64,000 nucleotides of DNA from a virus. The translations under genes and the position numbers were made by a program. Shown in pieces: positions 1 to 10,233 of the stretch. The notes beneath the pieces were generated by a model. That model was not told the DNA's origin. It saw only the letters and a program-made list of their open reading frames with translations, and searched no databases. Where the stretch lies: positions 96,001-160,000 of IMG/VR virus record IMGVR_UViG_3300043427_001127. The stretch is one strand, 5' to 3'. Each line of letters starts with the position of its first letter. The first letter of the stretch is position 1.

Positions 1-732
1 GCAAAGCGAGCTAAGATTGGTGTAGTTTTTCACACTCGCTATGTTGGTTCCAGCATTGCAACTTCTAACGCTACGTTTGGAGTTGACATCAGTAAGTTTA
101 ATAAGACTGATGATGTGTTTGTAATCAGTGCTGAGGTTGATACTCTGGGTAGTAACATGATTCTTAATGCTACAGAAAAAAGAAATCTCAATAACATGAA
201 AAGAACTGCACCTACTTTTCTTCGCAATGCAGGATCTTTCTTGGATGAGATTTCTGAACAGATTAACTCTAAGGATAACTTAAGCGTTGGCACTCGCCTT
301 AAAACTTACTTCAATACTTATGTGAGGGAAGGTAAACGTATTAGTAATGTCAATCGTTTTATTAGTGATTTCAAAAATGCTTATCATGAAACGATGATGA
401 AGGAAGTTAACAAAGTGAAACAGGAAAAGACTAAGGCTGCAAAACTGAAGAAACTCTATGATGGTATTGAGTTCGTGGATTCCAACATCGCTGGATTCAA
501 GGCAACGATCACTCTCTATGTTATTCTTCAGAATGCTAAGAACATGTTTGTGAAGAAACTAGAATCTGCTGATAGCACTCGCACGTTCCTTCGTACTGAT
601 GATGGATTCCGTGTTACTGCTCCTGAAGGATTTGTTGCTATTAAAGATGGAAATGCTACCAAGCTTGTTGATCGTTTAGAGTTTAGTTTGGCAAACTTCA
701 CTCTCGCAAAGAACTGGGTAAAGGGAAACTAA
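1..732 (+). CDS. conserved cyanophage hypothetical protein (5'-truncated, frame open from base 1)
   Basis: Frame 1 is open from position 1 (AKRAKIGVVFHTRY...). Ends PEGFVAI...KLVDRLEFS..NF..K.W, typical of the gene preceding the cytidyltransferase in T4-like cyanophages. Confidence 0.75.
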   Translation, partial: AKRAKIGVVFHTRYVGSSIATSNATFGVDISKFNKTDDVFVISAEVDTLGSNMILNATEKRNLNNMKRTAPTFLRNAGSFLDEISEQINSKDNLSVGTRLKTYFNTYVREGKRISNVNRFISDFKNAYHETMMKEVNKVKQEKTKAAKLKKLYDGIEFVDSNIAGFKATITLYVILQNAKNMFVKKLESADSTRTFLRTDDGFRVTAPEGFVAIKDGNATKLVDRLEFSLANFTLAKNWVKGN

Positions 733-744
733 ATACTAATAAAA

Positions 745-1299
745 ATGTTTAAGAGAGTAGTCATTACTTTCGGTCGCTTTAATCCTCCCACTATTGGTCA
801 TGAAAAACTTATTGATGCTGTGGCGAGGATTGCAGGAACCGATGACTATAAAATCTATACCAGTCATACCAAAGACAAGAAGAAGAATCCTCTATCTTCC
901 GAACAAAAAGTAGGATACATGAAAAAGATGTTTCCGAAACATAAAAATAATATTATGCTTGATACTGATTTGAAGACTATCATTAAAGTTCTTCAGAGTT
1001 TGCAAGGTGAATATTCGGATCTGACTCTTGTTGTTGGTAGTGATCGTGTACAGGAAATGGACACTTTGATCCAGCGTTATAATGGAACGGAGTATACATT
1101 TAGAACTCTTGAAACAAAATCTGCTGGTGAAAGAGATCCTGATGCTGATGGAGCAACTGGAATGTCTGCTAGTAAAATGAGAGAAGCAGCAACGAATGCA
1201 AACGTTGCTGAGTTTCGTAAAGGTATACCATCTACTTTAGACGATAAAGAAATGATGAAACTAATGAAAGAAGTTAGAGAAGGGTTGGGTATTAAATGA
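745..1299 (+). CDS. cytidyltransferase-like nucleotidyltransferase
   Basis: TFGRFNPPTIGHEKL (HIGH-like), VVGSDR and MSASKMR motifs. Confidence 0.9.
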   Translation: MFKRVVITFGRFNPPTIGHEKLIDAVARIAGTDDYKIYTSHTKDKKKNPLSSEQKVGYMKKMFPKHKNNIMLDTDLKTIIKVLQSLQGEYSDLTLVVGSDRVQEMDTLIQRYNGTEYTFRTLETKSAGERDPDADGATGMSASKMREAATNANVAEFRKGIPSTLDDKEMMKLMKEVREGLGIK

Positions 1300-1583
1300 A
1301 ATCACTTAAAGAACTGTTAGCGCAATCAAAACAGAAGTCTTTTAGACTTGGGAATGTATTTGCGGAGGGGGATTGGATTCAAAATATTGATGGCGAAGTG
1401 GGAAAGATTCATCGTCGTGGCGTTAACTATGTTATTGCTGTAACTGAAGAAGGTAAAATGTTTCGTGCTTGGGTGAAAGACATTAAAGAACATTGTGGGT
1501 GTGATCATCAAGAAGTATCTGCTAAAGAGAAAGTGAAGTCGTTTATAAATAAAAATAAACGACAAAAGAACAATGACGATTGA
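1296..1583 (+). CDS. hypothetical protein (SH3/KOW-like)
   Basis: ATGA-coupled to upstream gene; GKIHRRGVNYVI..FRAWVKDI. Confidence 0.7.
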   Translation: MKSLKELLAQSKQKSFRLGNVFAEGDWIQNIDGEVGKIHRRGVNYVIAVTEEGKMFRAWVKDIKEHCGCDHQEVSAKEKVKSFINKNKRQKNNDD

Positions 1584-2334
1584 CGAGTTCTCAAAACAAC
1601 TGATTGAGAAAGCACTTATTCAGCTAGATGAAAAGGGTAAGTGTAATCACAGCGGTGCTGGATCATCATGTCCTCTACATGGTGATGCTGATTGCAACTC
1701 ATCGAAGCAGAATCGTGCTGAAGAGTTTACTGCTGAAGGCAAGAACAAAGAAGGTAAGGAACAAGGTGCTGACGGCAAAGCTTGTTGGAAAGGTTATAAG
1801 TATGCTGGCACTGAGAACGGAAAAGACAAGTGTGTGAAGGCAGGATACGAAATGGAAGGTGGTGAAGAACTATCCGAAAGGAAAGATATGCCTGGTAACC
1901 AGGAGAAAATTGATGCTAATAAGAATGGTAAAGTGGATGCTCATGATTTTGCTCTTCTTCGCGCTAGAAAATCTAAGAAATCAGTAAAAGAAATGTGGCA
2001 ACAAGCTGCTGATATCGTAGAAGCAAAAAACAAAACAAAGATTGAAGTGATGCCAACTATCAACGACAATCCTACAGAGCAAGGCGAAAAGGAAAGCAGT
2101 GAGATTTCTTCGGATGCCAAGAACTCAAAGTATGACGAAAAGAAAAAGAAGATGAAAGAAGAGGTAGAACCTCTTGAAGAGAAAAAACTATCTGCTAAAG
2201 AAAAGGCAAAGAAAGAAAAGTTTGTTAAGGGAATGAAAAAGAAGTTTGGTTCTTTTAAATCTAAGTATGGTGAGAAAGCAAAAGATGTAATGTATGGAAC
2301 TGCGACTGCCATGGCAAAGAAATCTGCTAAATAG
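1573..2334 (+). CDS. hypothetical Lys/Glu-rich late protein
   Basis: ORF preceded by TATAAATA at 1544-1551; contains CWKGY motif and EF-hand-like DANKNGKVDAHD. Confidence 0.75.
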   Translation: MTIDEFSKQLIEKALIQLDEKGKCNHSGAGSSCPLHGDADCNSSKQNRAEEFTAEGKNKEGKEQGADGKACWKGYKYAGTENGKDKCVKAGYEMEGGEELSERKDMPGNQEKIDANKNGKVDAHDFALLRARKSKKSVKEMWQQAADIVEAKNKTKIEVMPTINDNPTEQGEKESSEISSDAKNSKYDEKKKKMKEEVEPLEEKKLSAKEKAKKEKFVKGMKKKFGSFKSKYGEKAKDVMYGTATAMAKKSAK

Positions 2335-2361
2335 CTTTAAACTCTCTTAGAGGATACTATC

Positions 2362-2532
2362 ATGGGCGCACTTGTAGAACTAGTAAAACCAATCATCTTC
2401 GCAGCACTCAACAGCTGCCACACCAAGAGACTCGTATGTGATCTACTTGACAGATATGTTGAGAAAACTGACAACGATGTTGACAATGTAATCGCATCAA
2501 CAGTAAGAGTTGCCCTAATGAAGGGTTGCTGA
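2362..2532 (+). CDS. small hypothetical protein (56 aa, MGALVELVKPII...)
   Basis: GAGGA Shine-Dalgarno; ORF read manually; followed by terminator. Confidence 0.7.
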   Translation: MGALVELVKPIIFAALNSCHTKRLVCDLLDRYVEKTDNDVDNVIASTVRVALMKGC

Positions 2533-2552
2533 TAAAAAATAATAAGTGTCTT

Positions 2553-2578
2553 AGGGATGCTTAGGCATCCCTTTTTTT
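2553..2578 (+). terminator. intrinsic terminator, abutting T4 late promoter TATAAATA (2578-2585)
   Basis: AGGGATGC-ttag-GCATCCCT followed by a T-run. Confidence 0.85.
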
Positions 2579-2620
2579 ATAAATACTTTTTAGAATACGA
2601 ATATTTTATAGAGGAAACCG

Positions 2621-3742
2621 ATGGCAATTTTCGGAACAATCGACGCGAAGGCGTTGGCAAATAATGTTAGTGTTGCAAATGGTAGCACGACGGTAACAAC
2701 AACTGGTGATTTTACTGACAGAACTTCCGCTAACTTTGTTCAGAATGGAGATGTTCTTTCCCTTGGTGGTGTGCAATATACGGTTGAGTCAGTAGTTTCG
2801 GCAACATCACTTAAACTCAGAACAGCATATGCAGGTTCAACTGGAACCGTTCTTGCTGCTAATGCTATTCGCAGAACTCCTCCAAAAGAAGTTGCTACTC
2901 TTCTTCTTGACGAGAATGGTCAACTAGCACACTTCCCAACAGGAACAAATCTTATCTTCATCGATGACACTGAAGCTGCTCTAGATGAGAATAAGATTCG
3001 TGGTCTTAAGTGGCCAGGTTGGTGGGCATATAGAACCTATACTGATGGCGATGGCAATACTCGTCATAAGGCAGAATGTCTAGCATTCGCTAATGCAACT
3101 GCTGGAGCATCTGTTGGTGACTATGGTACTGCCCAAGGTGGAACTGAAGATAATCCTGCTGCTGATGTAGCATCCGCTATTAGCATTTCAGCACAACCTT
3201 CCAACCAGTCAACACAAGCACCAGCTGGTGGTATTCTAACGGTTGACACTATTGGCGCTGCTGATGCACTCAGAACTGCTGGCACATACACCATCACTGC
3301 TTCTGATTACACAACAGACGCTGCTGGAACTGGCGCTACATTCAGTGTAGTTGTTAATGGTTCTGGTGCTGCTACTGTAACAGTAACTGGTGCTGGTTCT
3401 GGTTTCGTTGTTGACGAGACAATCACTATCCTTGATGCTGAACTAGGTGGTGGCGGCGCTGCTGCTCTAACCTTTGATGTTGCTACTGTTGCAACCGCTG
3501 CTGCTACATTCTCAGTTACTGCTTCCGCTACAACTGGTTCTCTAACCTATCAGTGGCAAGTTCAAACTGCTGCGTCTACAACGAAGTGGACCAACATCTC
3601 TGGTGCTACTTCCGCTTCGCTTGCTCTTACTGGTCTCTCAACTTCAGATACTGGTAAGAAGTATAGAGTTAAGGTTGGTGGTTCTGCAGGTGGTGAGGAA
3701 GTTATTTCCAACACCGCAACTCTTACTGTAACTGCTGCTTGA
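2621..3742 (+). CDS. virion structural protein with C-terminal Ig-like domain
   Basis: Late promoter upstream; Ala/Thr/Gly-rich; ISAQPSNQ...LTYQWQ...WTNISGAT...YRV...ATLTV Ig signature. Confidence 0.75.
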   Translation: MAIFGTIDAKALANNVSVANGSTTVTTTGDFTDRTSANFVQNGDVLSLGGVQYTVESVVSATSLKLRTAYAGSTGTVLAANAIRRTPPKEVATLLLDENGQLAHFPTGTNLIFIDDTEAALDENKIRGLKWPGWWAYRTYTDGDGNTRHKAECLAFANATAGASVGDYGTAQGGTEDNPAADVASAISISAQPSNQSTQAPAGGILTVDTIGAADALRTAGTYTITASDYTTDAAGTGATFSVVVNGSGAATVTVTGAGSGFVVDETITILDAELGGGGAAALTFDVATVATAAATFSVTASATTGSLTYQWQVQTAASTTKWTNISGATSASLALTGLSTSDTGKKYRVKVGGSAGGEEVISNTATLTVTAA

Positions 3743-3748
3743 TGATAT

Positions 3749-4108
3749 ATGATTTTTCATGAGTTGACTCCAGATAACTGGTTGATGTTCGCAATCAAAA
3801 ACTACAACAACCCGTTATCTGTTACATATGATGACTTTGAAGAAGACCTTCAAAAGTTTAAATATATAAAGAGATTACTTCGACGCTATGATACTACTGG
3901 TGAGTTGAAACATCATTTGATTCTTAATCATATGATTACTCTATATAATGTTTTTAATGATGCAGCAACGCTGCTTCTATTCTATAAAATAGAATCACAA
4001 TACTGGTCGATTTTGAAAGCATTTATGATATTTTTGAATAGATTGCCAGAAGAAGTAGACAAATCAGATATGGATGAGCAATGTCTAAAAATGTTAATGC
4101 TAATATGA
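3749..4108 (+). CDS. conserved T4-like hypothetical protein
   Basis: FAIKNYNNP..DF.EDL.KFKYIKRL...LILNH motif. Confidence 0.8.
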   Translation: MIFHELTPDNWLMFAIKNYNNPLSVTYDDFEEDLQKFKYIKRLLRRYDTTGELKHHLILNHMITLYNVFNDAATLLLFYKIESQYWSILKAFMIFLNRLPEEVDKSDMDEQCLKMLMLI

Positions 4109-4827
4109 ATGAAATGATGGCAGGTGATGGATCGTCACTAGCACTTCCTCCTGCCTTTGTCTTTGTTAACACAGCAAAGAAAAAGAAAAACTTGAAAAAG
4201 ACCAAAGATGAAAAGATTGATGGTCGCAAGAAAAGTGCTAGAAAACTAATCCAACGTGTAATGTCTAGGAGAACAACTAAAATGTCCGAAGAGAATATGG
4301 AAAATATTTCGGAAGCAACATCCGAAACCGAAAAGGCACAGAAGCAAATCAAAGCTTCTAAGCAGATGAGAGCAAAGAGAGAACTTCAATCAAAGCGCAC
4401 TGCTGCTAAGCAACAAGCACAAGACAAGTCAGATGAAATGAATACTCTGCTTCGTGCTCGTATGTCTGATTTCAAAAAGAAATCTGCCCAGAAGCAACAG
4501 AGAGCATCAAAACAAATCATGAAGAAAGAGGAAGTTGAAATGATTTCTCAACCTAGAACTGGTTCTGCTGGCGGCGTAGATGTATTCACTACAGCAATGA
4601 AAGTTGCTGAAGAGGGTAGCAGCTGGGGTAGAGATCCAGAGACATCATTTGCAAATCTTGTGTTCCAAGATGGCACTGGCGGCAGAATCGGTGTCTTCGA
4701 TGCCAAGAGAATCCTAGCAACTTATGAAGGTTTATCACCAGAGAACAGAGATAAGTTTCGCGTCATGCTAAACATGAGTGCTTCATCTTATCAAAAGGCT
4801 CTTGACTTTGCCGTTCGTAACGTTTGA
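4105..4827 (+). CDS. hypothetical coiled-coil protein
   Basis: ATGA-like coupling; GLALPPAF-like and DGRKK motifs. Confidence 0.7.
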   Translation: MNEMMAGDGSSLALPPAFVFVNTAKKKKNLKKTKDEKIDGRKKSARKLIQRVMSRRTTKMSEENMENISEATSETEKAQKQIKASKQMRAKRELQSKRTAAKQQAQDKSDEMNTLLRARMSDFKKKSAQKQQRASKQIMKKEEVEMISQPRTGSAGGVDVFTTAMKVAEEGSSWGRDPETSFANLVFQDGTGGRIGVFDAKRILATYEGLSPENRDKFRVMLNMSASSYQKALDFAVRNV

Positions 4828-4840
4828 TGCAGAGGAAGAG

Positions 4841-5260
4841 ATGTTTAACGGAAACTCAAAACTAGATGTATTGGAATCTAAATTAAACATCTACGAATCA
4901 CTCTCAAGGGAGATGCTAGACAAGTTGGAAACAGCAGTAGATAAAATCTCTGATGCAAATCAGCGTATTGCTAACATTCTGACAAAACATGATGAACGTA
5001 TTGAACAAAGTATAAAGACAGACGAACTCATTATCAAAATGATTGAGGATGTCAAGCACCAAAACTCAGTAGAACATTCTGCAGTCATCAAAAGACTGGA
5101 GACAGTTGAAAACAACGTTAACGAGTTATCAAAGTTCAAATGGCAGGCAGCGGCTCTTGTGGGCGCTGCCGTTTTGCTTGTGGGGTTGGTCGTTCCCTTT
5201 GTTGACAACATGCTCGGATCGCACTATAATGGGGGTAACCAGCAGACCATCGTTAGATAA
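4841..5260 (+). CDS. coiled-coil protein with C-terminal transmembrane helix
   Basis: GAGG SD; heptad-rich; WQAAALVGAAVLLVGLVVPF. Confidence 0.7.
   Translation: MFNGNSKLDVLESKLNIYESLSREMLDKLETAVDKISDANQRIANILTKHDERIEQSIKTDELIIKMIEDVKHQNSVEHSAVIKRLETVENNVNELSKFKWQAAALVGAAVLLVGLVVPFVDNMLGSHYNGGNQQTIVR
5202..5230 (+). promoter_or_regulatory. sigma70-type promoter for primase
   Basis: TTGACA-17-TATAAT. Confidence 0.8.
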
Positions 5261-6246
5261 TGAACTACATTGACACCAAATATATTGGTTTGGTCTCTTC
5301 GCAACTCCTTAAGTTTACCGAGAAAAAGAAAGGAACATACAACTTCCGCTGTCCCTACTGTGGTGACTCCGAGAAGAAGCAGAATAAAGCACGAGGCTAT
5401 CTCTTCACCATGAGGGATAGTTTTGTTTTCAAGTGCCATAACTGTGGCGTCACTCGTAACTTCTCACAGTTTCTGAAGGATCAGAACACCATGCTCCATG
5501 ATGAGTATGTACTGGAGCGTTATAAGGAAGGCATGACAGGCAAGAACTATCAGGTCAAGACTCCTGATTTCAAACCGTTTGTTTCCAAACCAGTATTTAA
5601 AAAAAATATTTTTAGTGACCTCTCAACCATCGAATCACTAAATAGTACACACCCAGCAAAGCAATATCTGCTCGCACGAAAGATACCAGAGAAATACTTC
5701 TCAAACTTCTATTACGCAGAAGACTTCAACGCTTGGGAGAATAATAAAAATACAATTAAAGAAGCACGAATTATACTCCCACTAATCTCGGAAGATGGAA
5801 ATGTATTTGGATATCAAGCAAGGTCTCTTAATAAGAATGCAAGCCTTCGCTATATCACTACCATCTTGGATAAGAAATACCCTAAACTATTTGGACTTGA
5901 TCGTATAAACAAAAATGAAAACATCTACGTCACAGAGGGTCCGTTTGACTCTCTTTTCTTGTCTAATGGATTGGCGATGTGTGGCGCTGATGTTGTACTT
6001 GACAGGGTATCTTACCCTCATCGCACATTTGTTTACGACAACGAACCCAGAAACAAACAAATCGTTGAACGATACGAGAGGTGTATTGATAAAGGAGAAA
6101 GCATTGTAATCTGGCCTGAATCAGTCAAAGAAAAAGATATCAATGACATGGTTCTAGCTGGACATGATGTACAATCCATGGTAGAATGTAACACCTATAA
6201 TGGTTTAGAAGCAAAAGTAAAACTTAGTCTTTGGAAGAAAATATGA
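5260..6246 (+). CDS. gp61: DNA primase (T4 gp61)
   Basis: NFRCPYCGDS..CHNCG Zn ribbon; TOPRIM EGPFDSLF, YDNEPRN, KDINDM. Confidence 0.95.
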   Translation: MNYIDTKYIGLVSSQLLKFTEKKKGTYNFRCPYCGDSEKKQNKARGYLFTMRDSFVFKCHNCGVTRNFSQFLKDQNTMLHDEYVLERYKEGMTGKNYQVKTPDFKPFVSKPVFKKNIFSDLSTIESLNSTHPAKQYLLARKIPEKYFSNFYYAEDFNAWENNKNTIKEARIILPLISEDGNVFGYQARSLNKNASLRYITTILDKKYPKLFGLDRINKNENIYVTEGPFDSLFLSNGLAMCGADVVLDRVSYPHRTFVYDNEPRNKQIVERYERCIDKGESIVIWPESVKEKDINDMVLAGHDVQSMVECNTYNGLEAKVKLSLWKKI

Positions 6247-8558
6247 GCAACGGAATCAAAGTTAAAAAGCGTGACGGTTCTACAGAATCCCTTAACCTTG
6301 ATAAGATTCACAGTATGGTAGAATGTGCTTGTGGCGGACTCGCTGGAGTGTCCCCATCACAAGTAGAAATCAACTCTGGTATTCAGTTTTATGATGGCAT
6401 TAGCACTAATGAAATCCAAGAAATCCTTGTTAGGTCAGCTAGTGACCTTATTGACCTTGACACTCCAAACTATCAGTTTGTTGCTGCTCGTCTTCTCCTG
6501 TTCGGTCTATATAAGCAAGTCTTTGGAAATGATTGGAAGCACGGTTTCCCCACAGTAGGAGAGCATCTTACCAAAGGCATTCTAAAAGGTATCTACGACA
6601 AGCAACTGGCTGCTAAGTATACCGATGAGGAGTGGGATAAGATTAATAGTTTCATTGACCATGATCGTGACTATCTCTTCACATATGCTGGTCTTCGCCA
6701 GGTTGTAGATAAATATCTGGTGCAGGATAGAAGCAGCGGAAGTGTCTTTGAGACACCACAATACGCTTATATGTTGGTTTCAGCAACCATCTTCGCAGAG
6801 TATCCTCAGGTAAATCGTCTATCTTATGTCAAGCGATACTATGACGCAATCAGCAAGCACAAAATCAACGTGCCAACTCCCATCCTTGCAGGAGTTAGGA
6901 CGCCTCTGCGACAGTTCGCTAGTTGTGTGCTGGTTGATTCTGATGACACCCTTGATAGCATCTTCAGTAGCGACATGGCTATTGGTCGCTATGTTGCTCA
7001 AAGGGCGGGCATCGGTATCAACGCAGGCAGAATCCGCGCTCTCAACTCTAAAATTCGAGGTGGCGAAGTCAGCCACACTGGTGTTATACCGTTTCTCAAA
7101 AAGTTTGAAAGCACTGTCCGTTGCTGTACGCAAAATGGTATACGAGGAGGAAGCGCGACAGTCCACTTCCCAATCTGGCACAGGGAAATAGAAGATATCC
7201 TAGTATTAAAAAATAACAAAGGAACTGAGGATAACCGCGTTCGTAAGTTAGACTACAGTATTCAAATCAGCAAACTGTTCTATGAGCGATTCATCCGTAA
7301 CGAAGACATCTCTCTCTTCTCACCACATGACGTGCCTGGTCTTTCAGATGCTTTTGGGCTTGCTGGTTTTGACGAGTTGTATGGCGTTTACGAACGAGAT
7401 GCTTCTATTCCAAGAAAAACTATTGGCGCTCAAGAACTATTTCTTTCACTCCTAAAAGAAAGAGCAGAGACTGGTCGTATCTACATCATGAATATCGACC
7501 ACTGTAACGAGCATTCTTCTTTCAAAGATAAAGTTTGGATGAGTAACCTCTGCCAAGAGATTACCCTGCCAACTAATCCTCTGCAGCACATTGATGATAT
7601 TAATGGTGAGATTGCCCTGTGCATTCTGTCTGCTGTTAACGTAGGTAAGATTAAGCACCTAGACGACCTAGAAGAACTCTGTGACCTCTCTGTGAGGGCG
7701 CTGGACGAGTTGATTGATTACCAAGAGTATCCTGTGGTTGCTGCTGAAGCATCCACCCGTAACCGCCGCTCACTGGGCATTGGTTACATCGGACTGGCAC
7801 ACTGGTTAGCTCGTCATCAGGTTAAGTATTCTGATGGTGCTGCTGCTCATCTTGTGCATGGTCTGACTGAAGCATTCCAGTATTATCTGCTGAAGGCTTC
7901 TAATCAACTTGCTATTGAGAAGGGCAAGTGTGGTTACTTTGATCGTACTAAATATGCCGATGGGATTCTTCCCATTGACACCTACAAGAAAGATGTAGAC
8001 GAAATCGTACCTAATGTCCTCCATTATGATTGGGATAAGCTCAGGGAATCTATTAAACAGCACGGTCTTAGGAACTCAACACTGTCCGCACAGATGCCTT
8101 CGGAGAGCAGTTCCGTTGTGTCAAACGAGACAAACGGAATCGAACCTCCCCGTGCCTTCCTGTCCGTTAAGAAGTCCAAGAAAGGGGTTCTTAAGCAGAT
8201 TGTCCCCCAGTATCAAACTCTTAAGAATGCTTATACGCTTCTTTGGGATATGCCTGACAATACTGGTTATATCAATATTGTTGCTGTTATGCAGAAGTTC
8301 TTTGATCAGGCAATCTCGGGTAACTGGTCGTATAATCCAGAGCATTATGCCGATAATGAAGTACCTGTGTCGGTAATGGCACAAGACCTACTTAACACAT
8401 ACAAATATGGATGGAAGACATCTTATTATCAGAACACATATGATATTAAGAAAGATGATGTTGAGGATGATGAAAAGAAAAAATCGTTAGAAAATCTACT
8501 TAATTCAATCTTAGAAGGAGCACAAGAGGAGGAAGACTGTGACAGTTGCAAAATTTAA
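6243..8558 (+). CDS. nrdA: ribonucleotide reductase class Ia alpha subunit
   Basis: ATP cone, QFASCVL, SNLCQEI, MPSESSS, C-terminal CDSC. Confidence 0.98.
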   Translation: MSNGIKVKKRDGSTESLNLDKIHSMVECACGGLAGVSPSQVEINSGIQFYDGISTNEIQEILVRSASDLIDLDTPNYQFVAARLLLFGLYKQVFGNDWKHGFPTVGEHLTKGILKGIYDKQLAAKYTDEEWDKINSFIDHDRDYLFTYAGLRQVVDKYLVQDRSSGSVFETPQYAYMLVSATIFAEYPQVNRLSYVKRYYDAISKHKINVPTPILAGVRTPLRQFASCVLVDSDDTLDSIFSSDMAIGRYVAQRAGIGINAGRIRALNSKIRGGEVSHTGVIPFLKKFESTVRCCTQNGIRGGSATVHFPIWHREIEDILVLKNNKGTEDNRVRKLDYSIQISKLFYERFIRNEDISLFSPHDVPGLSDAFGLAGFDELYGVYERDASIPRKTIGAQELFLSLLKERAETGRIYIMNIDHCNEHSSFKDKVWMSNLCQEITLPTNPLQHIDDINGEIALCILSAVNVGKIKHLDDLEELCDLSVRALDELIDYQEYPVVAAEASTRNRRSLGIGYIGLAHWLARHQVKYSDGAAAHLVHGLTEAFQYYLLKASNQLAIEKGKCGYFDRTKYADGILPIDTYKKDVDEIVPNVLHYDWDKLRESIKQHGLRNSTLSAQMPSESSSVVSNETNGIEPPRAFLSVKKSKKGVLKQIVPQYQTLKNAYTLLWDMPDNTGYINIVAVMQKFFDQAISGNWSYNPEHYADNEVPVSVMAQDLLNTYKYGWKTSYYQNTYDIKKDDVEDDEKKKSLENLLNSILEGAQEEEDCDSCKI

Positions 8559-9720
8559 ACTAACCGAGACCACCCCAACTGTAGAAGGGATGACTGTTTT
8601 TAATACAAAACGTGTAGATGTAAAGAAGCAACCGATGTTCTTCGGTGCTCCACTGGGAGTTCAGAGGTATGATACGTTTAAGTATCCTATCTTTGACAAG
8701 CTAACTCAACAACAACTTGGATACTTCTGGAGACCTGAAGAGGTCTCCCTCCAGAAGGATCGTGCTGACTATGCCACCCTTCGCCCAGAGCAGAAGCATA
8801 TCTATACTGCTAATCTAAAGTATCAGATTATGCTTGACTCTGTTCAGGGTCGTGGTCCTGGTATGGCATTCATTCCCTACTGTTCTCTCCCAGAACTAGA
8901 GTCAGCGATGACTATCTGGGAGACGATGGAGATGATTCACAGTCGCTCGTATACATACATTATTAAAAATATCTATTCTGACCCATCGGAAGTATTTGAT
9001 ACTATCCTTGATGATCAGAATATCCTTGATAGAGCGAAAAGCGTAACAGAAGCATACGATGATTTCATTCGTGCTGCCCAAGAGTATTCTTCGGGCAATC
9101 AATGGCAGCATCAACTAGAAGGAGTTCCTGCTGCACAACAGACTCTCTATGATTTGAAGCGTAAACTCTATCGTGCAGTGATTAATGTAAACATTTTAGA
9201 GGGGATTAGATTCTATGTTTCGTTCGCATGTTCGTTCGCTTTTGGCGAACTTAAGCTTATGGAGGGATCCGCTAAGATTATCTCTCTCATCGCCAGAGAC
9301 GAAAGCCAACATCTTGTCCTTACGCAAAACATTATCAAAAACTGGCTTAATGGAGATGACCCAGACATTCTTCAAATCGCTAAAGAAGAAGAAGCATGGA
9401 CAGTAGAGCAGTTTAAAAAGACTGTTGATGAAGAGAAAGCATGGGCGCAGTATCTATTCAAAGATGGTAGCATCATTGGATTGAATGATAAGTTGCTCAA
9501 CTCTTATGTTGAGTATATTGCCAACCGTCGTATGCGAGCGATTGGTTTGAAGCCTGTGTTTGATACTCCTATGTCAAATAATCCACTGCCTTGGACTCAG
9601 CACTGGTTGTCATCTAAGGGTCTGCAAGTTGCACCACAGGAGACTGAGGTAGAGTCCTATGTCATTGGAGGTATTAAACAGGATGTTAAGAAAGATACTT
9701 TCGCTGGTTTTAAACTGTGA
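8539..9720 (+). CDS. nrdB: ribonucleotide reductase class Ia beta subunit
   Basis: FWRPEEV, EMIHSRSY, LEGIRFYVSF, RDESQH, APQETEVESY. Confidence 0.98.
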   Translation: MTVAKFKLTETTPTVEGMTVFNTKRVDVKKQPMFFGAPLGVQRYDTFKYPIFDKLTQQQLGYFWRPEEVSLQKDRADYATLRPEQKHIYTANLKYQIMLDSVQGRGPGMAFIPYCSLPELESAMTIWETMEMIHSRSYTYIIKNIYSDPSEVFDTILDDQNILDRAKSVTEAYDDFIRAAQEYSSGNQWQHQLEGVPAAQQTLYDLKRKLYRAVINVNILEGIRFYVSFACSFAFGELKLMEGSAKIISLIARDESQHLVLTQNIIKNWLNGDDPDILQIAKEEEAWTVEQFKKTVDEEKAWAQYLFKDGSIIGLNDKLLNSYVEYIANRRMRAIGLKPVFDTPMSNNPLPWTQHWLSSKGLQVAPQETEVESYVIGGIKQDVKKDTFAGFKL

Positions 9721-9854
9721 AAAAGAAAAAGCTTCAAAAGATTCAAAAGAAACTGGAGGAGCAGCAACAAAATATAGAGAATCTAAACCATCAGCAACGG
9801 TGGATGCTAAAGATTCTAATGGAAAAATACCAGATCCCTGGTTCAACTGAATAG
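9717..9854 (+). CDS. small hypothetical protein (45 aa; competing frame 9683-9850)
   Basis: GTGA overlap with the nrdB stop; MKKKKLQKIQKKLEEQQQ... Confidence 0.4.
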   Translation: MKKKKLQKIQKKLEEQQQNIENLNHQQRWMLKILMEKYQIPGSTE

Positions 9855-9860
9855 ATAAAT

Positions 9861-9882
9861 ACCTCCATCATGGAGGTTTTTT
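9861..9882 (+). terminator. hairpin/terminator after late promoter-like GATAAATA
   Basis: ACCTCCA-tca-TGGAGGT-TTTTT; the stem also hides the SD of the next gene. Confidence 0.65.
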
Positions 9883-9885
9883 ATT

Positions 9886-10233
9886 ATGAATCCAAGTTCA
9901 GCGAAAGCGAAGGGTCGCCGTCTGCAACAGTGGGTGAGAGATAAACTCATTGAGATGCTTGAGGTTCACCCAGAAGATATTGAATCTCGTAGCATGGGTG
10001 CTGGTGGCGAAGACCTTATCATGGCTCGTGCTGCTCGCCAGAAGTTTCCACATAGTATTGAATGTAAGAATGTAGAGAAACTAAATATCTGGGAAGCCTA
10101 TGAGCAGGCAACTGCCAATCGTGGTGACTATGAGCCTATTGTTGTTATCAAAAAGAATGGCAAGAAACCACTGGTAGTCGTAGACGCAGAGTATTATATT
10201 CAACTATTCGGAGACAAAGATGGCAAAGATTGA
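9886..10233 (+). CDS. PD-(D/E)XK nuclease / Holliday-junction-resolvase-like protein
   Basis: SAKAKGRRLQ, GEDL, SIECKN motifs. Confidence 0.75.
   Translation: MNPSSAKAKGRRLQQWVRDKLIEMLEVHPEDIESRSMGAGGEDLIMARAARQKFPHSIECKNVEKLNIWEAYEQATANRGDYEPIVVIKKNGKKPLVVVDAEYYIQLFGDKDGKD

Noticed and set aside
6243-9720. Inteins or introns in nrdA/nrdB
   Set aside because: Lengths and motif spacing are normal; no intein termini seen
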